Shown here piece after piece: positions 45,098 to 54,232 of a DNA stretch of 55,864 nt (position 1 is its first letter; the number at the start of each line of letters is the position of its first letter). Below the pieces are notes generated by a model. That model saw nothing but the letters and a program-made list of their open reading frames with translations. It was not told the origin of the DNA and did not search any database. The translations under genes were made by a program, and so were the position numbers. Source of the stretch: a virus (Duplodnaviria > Caudoviricetes); the IMG/VR virus record IMGVR_UViG_3300019874_000057, positions 1 through 55,864 of that record; one strand, written 5' to 3'.

Positions 45098-45832
45098 CTA
45101 GACTTCCTTTCTCATGCACAGGGATGCGAAGGAGTAGCCAAGGCCGGGGATGGTTTCGGGAGGGGGGAGGAGATCACCGCCATGGTGCGCGTGTTGATCT
45201 ACCGAGTACTCCCCGAAGAGACTCAACCCCAAGTTGTACAAGCGGGTCTTCACTGAGTTGTCTCCGAGGTAGAGAGAGTCAATGTTGTAGATCCTCTTCC
45301 GCATCCAGTGGTACATGAAGGTGTCTTCGGGGGAGTTGGAGGGGTCGTAGTCGGTGGTCAGGAAGAGAACACCACCTGGGGCGAGGAGATTTACCATGTG
45401 CCTGAGGAAGGTGTCCTCGTCTTCTACATGCTCGATCACGCTGATGCAGGAGATGAAATCAGCCCTGCCTACTAGTGGTAATGGGTATGTACAGCCCAGG
45501 GTGGTGAGGCTTGGCAACCCAACGCCCAACCCATTGAACTCTGGGTCAATGATCTGCATGGGGATCCCGATGTAGTCCGCGACGATCCAAGCCAAGGGGG
45601 ACCCAGCTCCACCCACATCCAACAACAAGAAGTCAGGGGGCAGCTCCTTCTGCCCTGCCGCCTGGATCAACTCTGTGATGGCGAACATGGCCAGCCTGTA
45701 CTCCCAGGCCCGAGCAGGGTGTTGAGCAGTCCAACGCTTGCATCCCTCCGCAGCGATGAACTGCACTAGCTTCTTCGCGCTGCACTTATCCTGCTCCTCC
45801 TGAGACCATGTTGAGTTCAACACCACACTCAC
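45098..45832 (-). CDS. Class I SAM-dependent methyltransferase
   Basis: RAWEY, LLDVGGAGS, CISVIEHV and LLAPGGVLFLTTD. Confidence 0.88.
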   Translation of the reverse strand: MSVVLNSTWSQEEQDKCSAKKLVQFIAAEGCKRWTAQHPARAWEYRLAMFAITELIQAAGQKELPPDFLLLDVGGAGSPLAWIVADYIGIPMQIIDPEFNGLGVGLPSLTTLGCTYPLPLVGRADFISCISVIEHVEDEDTFLRHMVNLLAPGGVLFLTTDYDPSNSPEDTFMYHWMRKRIYNIDSLYLGDNSVKTRLYNLGLSLFGEYSVDQHAHHGGDLLPPPETIPGLGYSFASLCMRKEV

Positions 45833-46749
45833 CTTCCACCTCCCACCAAGGTCTTGTACACCCCCCAGTAATCTCGTCCCCGGTTCTCCCAGGAGTCAGT
45901 ATCGGCTTGGATCTTGGCTGCTAGGGAGTAGGCCTCTTGCAGAGACTGAGACACCTTCAGCACCCCGAGGAACTCAATGAGATCTTGCTCACTGGCAGCG
46001 AACTTCACTGCGCCTTCTCCAGCTAGATCCTTGAACTGGCGACACTGGAATGCCACCACAGGCCTGCGGGCAGACAAGCCTAGCCTGATGGCCCCCGAGG
46101 TCCCTGAGTTCCCGCATTGGTAGAGGAAAGCAGTAGCCAAGCACTCAGCAAGCTGGGAGACCACAAACTCCGCAGGCTGAAACCCAGTCTGCACGAAGGT
46201 GTCAGGGTTGATTGCCCGGAGCTCCTTCACTCTCTCCTTGGTCATCCCTGGGGAGATGATCAAGCACTGCAGCCCTAGTCTCTTGGTCACCTTCGCTAGG
46301 AGGTCAAAGTTCTTCCAGGGGAAGTCGAAGCCTACTGTTCCAACTCGATTGGGGAATGCGAGGGGCTCAGCAGGGGCACGGTCCAGGCCAAGCACCCCCT
46401 GGCGAAGGAAGAGAGCATTCTTGTAGCCGGAGACTTTCTCATGGGTGATGACAGGGCCTGTGAAGATCGGGAGGCCCCTCTCACTCATGATCCCCACGGT
46501 CTCGAAGGTGTCGTGCTGCGTCACCAACACAGGCATACTCAACCCCAGGATCCCTACTGCCTCAGGAGTCCACTGGCTGTGCAGGGCAGCGTGGTGGTCG
46601 ATCATCACCAAGTCACATCCAGCGGCCACGGTGAACACTTCAGGCCCTGTGATGATGTGCTCCACCTGCGGGCAGTAGCGCTTCAGCAGCTCTGAGTGCT
46701 CACGTATCCCACACGCCTCATTGGGACTGGTTACTAGGAGAACCTTCAA
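45829..46749 (-). CDS. GT-B fold (family 4-like) glycosyltransferase
   Basis: CGIREHS, GF...KNFD and GTSGAIRLGLSARRPVV. Confidence 0.78.
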   Translation of the reverse strand: MKVLLVTSPNEACGIREHSELLKRYCPQVEHIITGPEVFTVAAGCDLVMIDHHAALHSQWTPEAVGILGLSMPVLVTQHDTFETVGIMSERGLPIFTGPVITHEKVSGYKNALFLRQGVLGLDRAPAEPLAFPNRVGTVGFDFPWKNFDLLAKVTKRLGLQCLIISPGMTKERVKELRAINPDTFVQTGFQPAEFVVSQLAECLATAFLYQCGNSGTSGAIRLGLSARRPVVAFQCRQFKDLAGEGAVKFAASEQDLIEFLGVLKVSQSLQEAYSLAAKIQADTDSWENRGRDYWGVYKTLVGGGR

Positions 46750-46750
46750 C

Positions 46751-47008
46751 TCAATCCCCCTTCACCAGGCTCAACACAGCCTTGATACTCCCCTTGGGCA
46801 GGCCTTCTACCCCAAGCTGCCCTGCTAGGTCTTCCAAGGTGTCCTCCAGTGCGAAGCTCGTCCCACTCACCAGCATTACCTCTGCCTTGCCTTCATCCCC
46901 GTCATTCACAAACAACACATGCTTCATCGGGATGATGCACCTGGCAGGGGGCTCATCGGTCATGAGGCCCTTCTTCTTGATGGTGACTATCAGATACTCA
47001 TTGGCCAT
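46751..47008 (-). CDS. Hypothetical protein
   Basis: AGGAG SD, 85 aa. Confidence 0.65.
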   Translation of the reverse strand: MANEYLIVTIKKKGLMTDEPPARCIIPMKHVLFVNDGDEGKAEVMLVSGTSFALEDTLEDLAGQLGVEGLPKGSIKAVLSLVKGD

Positions 47009-47012
47009 GGGG

Positions 47013-47378
47013 TTAGCTCCTGTGAATCTTGGGGGATGAAGGAAGGCCGTCTATAGACGCGATGAGGCGAGCACGCCAGTCATTGAGCATGGAGGTTTCT
47101 TTGGTGATGGCCGCGAGCTCGGTGTCTGAGATGCCTACACGGCGGATGAGATTCTCCCGCTCCCAGAGGGCAGCGTTCACCGAGACAAGCAGCCCAGTGT
47201 GCATGAGCTTCTCGTAGCCCTCGGGGTTCTCGTTTGCCCACAAGTACCCGCATAACTCTGCTGCCTCATCACGAGCTGCTGAGTTGTCCTGCTCAAGGAT
47301 CTTCCTCTCCACCATGCGGCGGTACAGGATGCTCAGGCGGTCTGTGATCTCACCGTGAGTAGGCTTCAACAAACTCAT
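47013..47378 (-). CDS. DUF6165-like helical protein
   Basis: GEITDRLSIL...VNAALWERENLIR...LNDWRARL..I. Confidence 0.65.
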   Translation of the reverse strand: MSLLKPTHGEITDRLSILYRRMVERKILEQDNSAARDEAAELCGYLWANENPEGYEKLMHTGLLVSVNAALWERENLIRRVGISDTELAAITKETSMLNDWRARLIASIDGLPSSPKIHRS

Positions 47379-48214
47379 CTCTCCCTCTCGAGTTCTTCTT
47401 TGATTGTCTGGACTAGGGCTCTAGCATCCCAAGTAGGCTTCCCGTCATTCCCCATGACCATCCTGTTGCGGGGCTTGCCATCCTTCTCCATCGGCCCATC
47501 CCACCAGAAGATGGGGTTGTGTCGGGCTTGATTGGGCTCGCAGACCACACACGGGACTCCGAGGGCATTGGCCAAGACCCACTGAGCTGAGAGACAACCG
47601 ACGTAGAGCTTGCAGGAGGCAAGCACAGCAGCAGTCTCCAACCATCCCTGCTTGTAGATGCTCCATCGGGATGACCCGAGGCATTCGGTTTCTGTGTCCC
47701 AGCGGCTTCCGCGAGGGACTACTTGAACAAGTTCAGGGAGTTCCTTTGTGTAGTCCAGGATCCAACTCAACCCCAACTTCAACTCAAACCATTCATCAGT
47801 CCACCCTAGGTAGATGTCTTGTCGGGAGGGCTGGTGGATTGGAGGGAGGGTGATCCAAGGGACTTCAGTGAGTAGCGCTTGATCCTTGACTGCCCCCTGC
47901 TTGATGGCCTGGTGATAGGTCTCGATTGGCAATGCACGAGAAGGCCACCACTCATACCTCAGGTGATACACCTTCTCGTAGCTGCCATTGACCTGCGGCT
48001 CCCAACTAGCAAAGTCCCCTTCTTCCCAGCCTTCGAGTGCAGTGACTTGGTTGAGGTAAGGCTGCAGCTTCAGGAGCTCTAGGATAGGGGAATACTTCCC
48101 CCCGATGATGAGATCTACAGGCTCACCAGCCTGACGGGAGATCTCTCGAATGGCAGGGAGAGACCACATGATGTCTCCGAGCTTGCCGGGGAAGCTGGTC
48201 AGGATCCTACTCAT
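47375..48214 (-). CDS. Family 9-like (heptosyltransferase-fold) glycosyltransferase
   Basis: GKLGDIMWSLPAIREI, QPY, ETAAVL..CKLYVG..S....LANALGVP. Confidence 0.8.
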   Translation of the reverse strand: MSRILTSFPGKLGDIMWSLPAIREISRQAGEPVDLIIGGKYSPILELLKLQPYLNQVTALEGWEEGDFASWEPQVNGSYEKVYHLRYEWWPSRALPIETYHQAIKQGAVKDQALLTEVPWITLPPIHQPSRQDIYLGWTDEWFELKLGLSWILDYTKELPELVQVVPRGSRWDTETECLGSSRWSIYKQGWLETAAVLASCKLYVGCLSAQWVLANALGVPCVVCEPNQARHNPIFWWDGPMEKDGKPRNRMVMGNDGKPTWDARALVQTIKEELERER

Positions 48215-48474
48215 ACCCTCTCCTTGTATTCCTGATTGAACACAGTCACCTTGCCTGGAGTTGGGCGGTAGTCAGTGGTTGCGGCCTCCCCCTGGGCGTC
48301 CCGCTGCCTGGCATCCCGCAGACAAAACCCCAACCCCGCAGCAGCCATCACCCCTACTACCCAGCCTATGTATGGGATCTGGGTGGTGCAGACATAGAAC
48401 CCTAGGGCCGCAGCGACACCGAGGCCAGTCCCAGTCAACAAGAGGGCTTCATGGGTCCTGGGGGGCTTGGTCAT
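48211..48474 (-). CDS. Two-TM membrane protein
   Basis: ATGA coupling at 48474, two hydrophobic helices. Confidence 0.62.
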   Translation of the reverse strand: MTKPPRTHEALLLTGTGLGVAAALGFYVCTTQIPYIGWVVGVMAAAGLGFCLRDARQRDAQGEAATTDYRPTPGKVTVFNQEYKERV

Positions 48475-48785
48475 GCGGTGATCGAGAGCTTGTCGCCGGT
48501 GATGCCAACCAACTTCTCGCACTTCTCAAGCTTCTCTTGTGCTGACCGAGCAACCATCTGCGCCATGTACAGTGACCACTGGAGGGCGTCATTGCGGCAT
48601 GCCAGGCGATAGTTGAGCTTGAGGGCGTCGGCGGTGGTGGCTCGAACCTTGTCGAGCTCCTTGGCATGGGCGTCTTGCCTCACCACCCAAGCCGCAGCCC
48701 GCTCCTGAATGAGCTTGTCCTTGTTCTCCAACTGCTTCTCCAAGATCAAGATCTTCGTCCGCATCCCCGCCAGTGTCTCTCTCAT
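48471..48785 (-). CDS. Coiled-coil hypothetical protein
   Basis: AAGGAG SD, first gene after a promoter. Confidence 0.68.
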   Translation of the reverse strand: MRETLAGMRTKILILEKQLENKDKLIQERAAAWVVRQDAHAKELDKVRATTADALKLNYRLACRNDALQWSLYMAQMVARSAQEKLEKCEKLVGITGDKLSITA

Positions 48786-48803
48786 GCACTCTCCTTGGTA
48801 GAC

Positions 48804-48832
48804 AAGCTAGGCCCGGCGCACAGGGGTGTCAA
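48804..48832 (-). promoter_or_regulatory. Sigma70-type promoter
   Basis: TTGACA-17 bp-TAGCTT on the minus strand. Confidence 0.72.
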
Positions 48833-48858
48833 GGGGTATTTGGTTGGGAGGGGTGGGG

Positions 48859-50517
48859 CTAGATCCACCTCTTGACTCGAGGGTCGATGTTCATTCGACT
48901 CTGCAGTACCTTGTGCCCACCAACAATTCGGAGCCCCGCTGGTGTGCGCACACGACTTAGGGCTACGTACACCATCCCGCTGGAGCGATAGAAGTTGTCG
49001 CGAATGTCCAGTTGTACATGATCCAAAGTCAACCCCTGACTTCGGTGCACAGTACTCGCCCAGCTTGGTCTCAGGGGCATGTAGGTCACTTGGCCGATGA
49101 TCTCGTAGCGATCCTTGATACGGTTGTCGAAGCCTTCTGCGCGAAGTTGCTTGGCTCTACCAGGCTCCAAGGGGATGACGTTGTCGCGCTGGATGTAGGA
49201 GACAGGCACCAGCACCCCATTGCGCTTGAGAGTCACCCAGACAATCCCCTTGTCCACCTCGAACTCATGCACAGTCCCTATATCCCCATTCACACACAGG
49301 AACTTCTCTCGGTCAGTGCCATCTTTCTTGTTACTCAGCACCATCACCAGTGCCCCTACCTTGAGCCCTAGCTTCAATGGGATGTTCTTCCACTCAGGTC
49401 TTGCATCACCCCAGGTTTCTGACTTGAACTCAACCGTAGGCGCTGCGATCTCCAGCATCTTCACCTGGTTGTATCTATCTACCTCTTGGTTTTTCGCCAT
49501 CAAGGTAATCCCAGGGAACTTGGGATCCAACAAAGGCGCACAGAACTTCCCGAAGTAGTCAGTAGCTGCGGAAGCATGGCCGGAACGAGCCTTGGAGAGT
49601 GCTGCAAGGAAGTCAGGGTCTGACTGCCTCCAGATCTTGGTGAGACGGGTGGTGTTGGCTTCGTACTTCTCCCAGACGCCTACTTCAAACACAAACTTGG
49701 ACTTGATGGGCGGGAGCTGCAGGAAGTCTCCGGTGAGGGTGAGGGTGATGGGGGGTTCACCAGCTACCTCACGAGCCTCATTCACCCCATCGAGAGCGGC
49801 TTGGATCAACACCAACTGGTCTCCATCCATCATCGAAACTTCATCTATGACTAGATGCTTGAGGCCTGCTTGGCCCAGCTTGAAGATTCTGGAGTCTAGT
49901 TGCCCACGAGTGAATGCATCTCGCAGGGAAGCAGTATCGAAGTAGCCTAGGAGTGAATTCAGGGTGATTACATTCTCCCCGAGGTTCACTGCTGAGATCC
50001 CAGTGGTGCTTGTGAGGATCACTGACCCTGGTGCTACCGCAGCCCATTGCTTCACATGGAAGGTCTTGCCACTGCCTGCCGGGCCAGTGCGAAAGCTGGC
50101 TACGGGGATGTCAGTGAACTCAGCTTGTTTGGTCTCTGTGTCGAGTGAGACTGTAGGCGCCCCCAAGGTTTTGTCCAAGTACTTCTCAAGTTCCTCATTG
50201 GCCTGGTTGACCAAGATCACCCGCGTCTTCTCCAGGTCATCCTGAACCTTCTTGCAGAGCTCTGGATCTGGTTTTACTGCAGGCCCAAGCCCTAAGTCAT
50301 TGAGGCTACCCTTGCCCTTGGTTGAGCGAGAGACGGTCCCATAGTCCTGGAATGGTGATGGAGGTGGTGTCCAAGACTCAGGCATGTCTGACTTGGGGAA
50401 GAGGGCTTCTTCGGTTAGTACAGTAGTAGGCCCAGTAGCTCGAGTCTTGGTGATGGTGACTACCTCATCACTACCAACCCCTATCCCCATGGTGCGTAGG
50501 AGGTCTTCTCTTGTCAT
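48859..50517 (-). CDS. Pif1/RecD-like SF1B helicase
   Basis: GPAGSGKT, IDEVSM, GDFLQLPP, RQSD, TVHRSQGLTL and YVALSRV. Confidence 0.93.
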   Translation of the reverse strand: MTREDLLRTMGIGVGSDEVVTITKTRATGPTTVLTEEALFPKSDMPESWTPPPSPFQDYGTVSRSTKGKGSLNDLGLGPAVKPDPELCKKVQDDLEKTRVILVNQANEELEKYLDKTLGAPTVSLDTETKQAEFTDIPVASFRTGPAGSGKTFHVKQWAAVAPGSVILTSTTGISAVNLGENVITLNSLLGYFDTASLRDAFTRGQLDSRIFKLGQAGLKHLVIDEVSMMDGDQLVLIQAALDGVNEAREVAGEPPITLTLTGDFLQLPPIKSKFVFEVGVWEKYEANTTRLTKIWRQSDPDFLAALSKARSGHASAATDYFGKFCAPLLDPKFPGITLMAKNQEVDRYNQVKMLEIAAPTVEFKSETWGDARPEWKNIPLKLGLKVGALVMVLSNKKDGTDREKFLCVNGDIGTVHEFEVDKGIVWVTLKRNGVLVPVSYIQRDNVIPLEPGRAKQLRAEGFDNRIKDRYEIIGQVTYMPLRPSWASTVHRSQGLTLDHVQLDIRDNFYRSSGMVYVALSRVRTPAGLRIVGGHKVLQSRMNIDPRVKRWI

Positions 50518-51341
50518 CGAACACGCACTGGGAGAACTCCCCTGCCAGCTTCATAGGTAATCCTATGAGCCTCCAACCACAGCCCTGCATCCCCGCCTGG
50601 TGCCTTCCCTGCTGCCCACTCTTGGTATCTCTGGTCCAACACCGCAGTCTGCCCGCCCAGGTGTCTGCAGGAAACCGGGAGCATCTTCACGGTGACTCCA
50701 TTGGCTGCGGCTAAGATGCCAAGGTAGGCGTCGTAGGCATGGTGCTTGATGCCAGCAGCAGCCATCTTGCTGAAGGCCCGACTCAGCCAATGGACTTCAG
50801 CTATCTGCGAGAACCCATCAAGCACTGCCACGGTCTCAATCTTGGTGCTTCTCATTCCATGGGCTTCTGCGTCTACCATGTTTGAGTAGCAATCCTGGCG
50901 AGCGAGTTGGTAGGGGTCATATGGGGATGAGTAGATGTCATCTCTACCTAACCCCTTCCCACCGAAGAATCCACTGAGAACATTGTCTTGGCCTGCGTGG
51001 GCATGCCTGACAATGAGATCCCAGGATTCTTCTTTGATGTCGAGGTCATCATGGAATGCACAGGCTAAGGTTAGGCGCCCTGGTGTAGCGAACTTGGTGG
51101 CTACCCCCAGGCCCAGTGCAAACGCAGGTACAGTCCCCAGGTGCTCCTTCATGGAGACTTGGACAGTGTTGAAGAAAGCTTCTTGCCCTAGTGATGGCTT
51201 GCGGGGGCCTTGGTGGATATTGACTACAACAAGAGGCTCCTTAGCCGAAGTCATCACCCAGTTGTGGATCCTGGCGTAAGCGCCATCAGACCCTGTGCCT
51301 GCAGTCACCAAGATGAGATCAATGTCATCACTGGCTACCAT
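50514..51341 (-). CDS. GT-A fold glycosyltransferase-like protein
   Basis: FHDDLDI DxD-like motif, VAVLDG, HHAYD and CRHLGGQT. Confidence 0.7.
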   Translation of the reverse strand: MVASDDIDLILVTAGTGSDGAYARIHNWVMTSAKEPLVVVNIHQGPRKPSLGQEAFFNTVQVSMKEHLGTVPAFALGLGVATKFATPGRLTLACAFHDDLDIKEESWDLIVRHAHAGQDNVLSGFFGGKGLGRDDIYSSPYDPYQLARQDCYSNMVDAEAHGMRSTKIETVAVLDGFSQIAEVHWLSRAFSKMAAAGIKHHAYDAYLGILAAANGVTVKMLPVSCRHLGGQTAVLDQRYQEWAAGKAPGGDAGLWLEAHRITYEAGRGVLPVRVR

Positions 51342-51568
51342 GCGTAGGTCACCTCAGCCCGGAGGTCAGCGTTCTTCAATGGCTCATGCCAGGGCACCGA
51401 CCCCTTGATGGCCCACTGTGCCTTGGGAGAGATCCTGCCGAAGACAATGAGGGATGCACCTTTGAGATCACCAGTCAGCACCAAAGCATGCTCTGCACTG
51501 GTATCTTCCAGGGGTCCTAGCTTGTCCACTGCTGCTTGGATGGCTGCGTCTGAGAATTTCAGCGGCAT
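51335..51568 (-). CDS. Small beta-rich protein ending in VTYAW
   Basis: TGATG coupling at 51568, 77 aa. Confidence 0.6.
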   Translation of the reverse strand: MPLKFSDAAIQAAVDKLGPLEDTSAEHALVLTGDLKGASLIVFGRISPKAQWAIKGSVPWHEPLKNADLRAEVTYAW

Positions 51569-51888
51569 CAACCCCTCCCGTTTTCCTTCACATGTGTCTT
51601 CCAGGCTTCCCATAGTGCAGACCCATCACCATCCCCAGCCCAGAGCAATCTCGCCTTGGGACCTTTGCCTTCTCGGTCCCTGCCGAAGTAAAATCCAACC
51701 GCCTTACCTGGGTACAAGTCAGCCATCTCAACCCCATCCAGGCAATTCACATGGAAGAACACCTCTTCCAACCCTGCCCTACCTCTATGCACCAGGAATC
51801 CATACCCCTTGTGGGGAAGTACCTTCACCACCACCCCTACCAACCCCTGCTTCCTGGCTAGGTGAGACTTGTGGGAGTTGAGAGTCAT
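51568..51888 (-). CDS. Cold-shock domain protein
   Basis: RNP1 KGYGFL, RNP2 VFFH, and GPKA. Confidence 0.85.
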   Translation of the reverse strand: MTLNSHKSHLARKQGLVGVVVKVLPHKGYGFLVHRGRAGLEEVFFHVNCLDGVEMADLYPGKAVGFYFGRDREGKGPKARLLWAGDGDGSALWEAWKTHVKENGRG

Positions 51889-53075
51889 AGCCCCTGGGAG
51901 ATCCAGGTGTGCCATGCTGGAGTGAGGGTGGGCCATGCGAGGCGGGAGACACTCCTGATCAACTCAGCCTTGGACTCCTCAGTCTCCTGACCGATGATGT
52001 TCTTGAGATACTTCCCGAGCTCCTCAGGATCCATTACTGGGCGCTTCAGGAGGTAGGCACCTTCCACCCGCGAGTCATCCCAGCGGACTTCATCCATGTC
52101 CCCGACTTCAGGCCCACCTGCGTAGGAGACCCCAATCACAGGCACCCCCCTCGCCAGTGACTCTGCAATCGGGTACCCCCACCCTTCCCCCAACCCAGGT
52201 GCCACAGTCACCGCGCACTGGTCATAGAGCCAAGCAAGGGAGGCATCAGTCAGCCCGCCTCCCCCCTCGAGGAGATCATCAGTAGCATTCGCACCAGTGA
52301 GGAGGTAGTTCCCACCTTCACCAAGCCAGTTGAACAATTCTGGGAATGCCCATGCACCTGTAGCCAACCTATCTGTATGCACCCAGACTGCGAACTCCTG
52401 CCCCAGTGCTTTGAGCTCCCGCAGCCCACCGAAGAACCACCCCCAGTCCTTCCTTGGCTGATTCGCCCCGACTGCCCCGATGATAGGCACCCCCTTCTTC
52501 TTCATCTCGGTGATGAATTCCCGCACAGGGGGGTTTATGACAGGAGTCCACCCAGCACGCCACTTGGTCTCGAACCATTCAGGGGCTAGACCATGGGGGA
52601 GGTTGTGGATGTCATGGTGAGGAGCAGTAGCCTTGAGGACTCGAGCTCCAAACTCTGTGTATGCTAGGATCCTGGTGTACTCCTGCAATGCATCCGCAGC
52701 CGGTCCCCCAAAAGCCCCTCCTTCCAACGGCCCCTCAGCATCCACCGCGAAGTACCCCCAGAGATACACCTCTCTCCCTGCAGCTCGCATGTCCTTCACT
52801 GCCTGGGCAATGTCCACACACCTGGCAGCGTCATACACAGTGAAGACATAGAGAGGGTCTGAGGCAGGGGTACAAGCTGCGTACTTCAGTAGATCCCCAT
52901 GCCCCCAATGGGAGAAGTCTTCCATGCGGTTGTGGATGGATTGATCCCCGAGGAGCACAGTCCTGATCTCATCGAACTTCCCTGATGTGGCAAACACCCC
53001 GATGAGATCCCCGCAGATCCTCCCTAAGCCTGACTGCCTATCAGGTGAATCCCCGATGATGACTAGCCTCCTCAT
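51885..53075 (-). CDS. GT-B fold (family 4) glycosyltransferase
   Basis: DSP...SGLGRI, HG, NQPRKD and EGWGYPIAESLARGVPVI. Confidence 0.9.
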   Translation of the reverse strand: MRRLVIIGDSPDRQSGLGRICGDLIGVFATSGKFDEIRTVLLGDQSIHNRMEDFSHWGHGDLLKYAACTPASDPLYVFTVYDAARCVDIAQAVKDMRAAGREVYLWGYFAVDAEGPLEGGAFGGPAADALQEYTRILAYTEFGARVLKATAPHHDIHNLPHGLAPEWFETKWRAGWTPVINPPVREFITEMKKKGVPIIGAVGANQPRKDWGWFFGGLRELKALGQEFAVWVHTDRLATGAWAFPELFNWLGEGGNYLLTGANATDDLLEGGGGLTDASLAWLYDQCAVTVAPGLGEGWGYPIAESLARGVPVIGVSYAGGPEVGDMDEVRWDDSRVEGAYLLKRPVMDPEELGKYLKNIIGQETEESKAELIRSVSRLAWPTLTPAWHTWISQGL

Positions 53076-53806
53076 CAGATCCTCCTCGTATCCAACCGCC
53101 ATCCCAGGAAGAACGTAACATCCAGCCTGTTGGTAATTGGGTTCCTGAGTCTCCCCACCAATATAGGATCCCCACGCGAGTTGGAAGCATCCCTGACAAA
53201 CCCAAGCTCATCGAAGAGTTTCTTGCTCAGGGCTTGATTCGCCTTCTCGATGAGTTGAGGGTTGGCGAGTTCAATTGGGAACTCGAGTTCTCTCCAGGCA
53301 TCTGGGATGGCTCGGTCACGGGTCTTGGAGACGCCCTTCTCTTCGTATTCCTCGGAGTAGAGCTCGCGCCTTGGGATAGGGTTCTTGAACTCCCCCTCTC
53401 CCACAGGCAGTAGTTGCCCTGTCTGCGCAAAGCTTGTCCAAGTTGAACCCGGAGCCCCCGAAGGCTTCTTCCTTGTTGTCCTGATGGCAATGGTGTCCAT
53501 GGGCATGTTCGGAATCACCAAGTACCCAGCGTCCAGGGCCATGACGATCTTCTCGTAGAACAACAGGCGCTTGGACCCGCGGTTGATGAGGCGTTCTATA
53601 CGCCCCCTCCCCCAATGTCCTCGGATAGCTTGTTGGAGAATAGCTTCTTGTTCTTCGAGCTCGGACTTGCACTCGGTAACTTTGGCAACCGCCCAAGCTC
53701 GCAGGTCCCCGTGAGCATTTTGCAAGCCCTGAGGATCAGTCGCGTAGACGCTGATGGGTTCTACATGTGTGACTACTGCGGATGATTCCACTGCTGTGTC
53801 TTCCAT
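53075..53806 (-). CDS. Hypothetical phage protein
   Basis: GGAGG SD before ATG 53806. Confidence 0.72.
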   Translation of the reverse strand: MEDTAVESSAVVTHVEPISVYATDPQGLQNAHGDLRAWAVAKVTECKSELEEQEAILQQAIRGHWGRGRIERLINRGSKRLLFYEKIVMALDAGYLVIPNMPMDTIAIRTTRKKPSGAPGSTWTSFAQTGQLLPVGEGEFKNPIPRRELYSEEYEEKGVSKTRDRAIPDAWRELEFPIELANPQLIEKANQALSKKLFDELGFVRDASNSRGDPILVGRLRNPITNRLDVTFFLGWRLDTRRI

Positions 53807-53819
53807 AATCAACCCCTCC

Positions 53820-54032
53820 CTACTCCCTACTCCCACACCGACATTCCCCGATCATTCTCTTATGCACCGGGCACCACCAGCCCCATAACCCAGGGCCATA
53901 CTCAGCAGGGATGAACACCAAACCATCATCCCTAGTAGCCTTGCCTATTGAGTCAGATGCACTAGGCAACGCCCCAACACGCTCCTCTGGACGGCTTCCG
54001 AATCTAACTACCGTCCAGAGGAGGTTGGTCAT
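53820..54032 (-). CDS. Hypothetical protein
   Basis: ATGA coupling, 70 aa. Confidence 0.5.
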   Translation of the reverse strand: MTNLLWTVVRFGSRPEERVGALPSASDSIGKATRDDGLVFIPAEYGPGLWGWWCPVHKRMIGECRCGSRE

Positions 54033-54220
54033 GACTTGGAGCTCCCAAATGCCTTCATGACAGCCTCTACCACCAACGCAGACCGGTTAGCCTTGCTGCG
54101 AGGTACTCCCTTAGCAATTCTATCCAGCCGCTCCTGCTCCAATAGCAAAGTGCTGGCTTTGGTCATTCGGTAGGTGATCTTGAGACGATCCTGTAGCACT
54201 TGGAATACTCCCCTCGCCAT
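54029..54220 (-). CDS. Possible ribbon-helix-helix DNA-binding protein
   Basis: KITYRM strand, then helices with NRSALVVEAV. AGGAG SD. Confidence 0.5.
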   Translation of the reverse strand: MARGVFQVLQDRLKITYRMTKASTLLLEQERLDRIAKGVPRSKANRSALVVEAVMKAFGSSKS

Positions 54221-54232
54221 GAATTACTTCTC

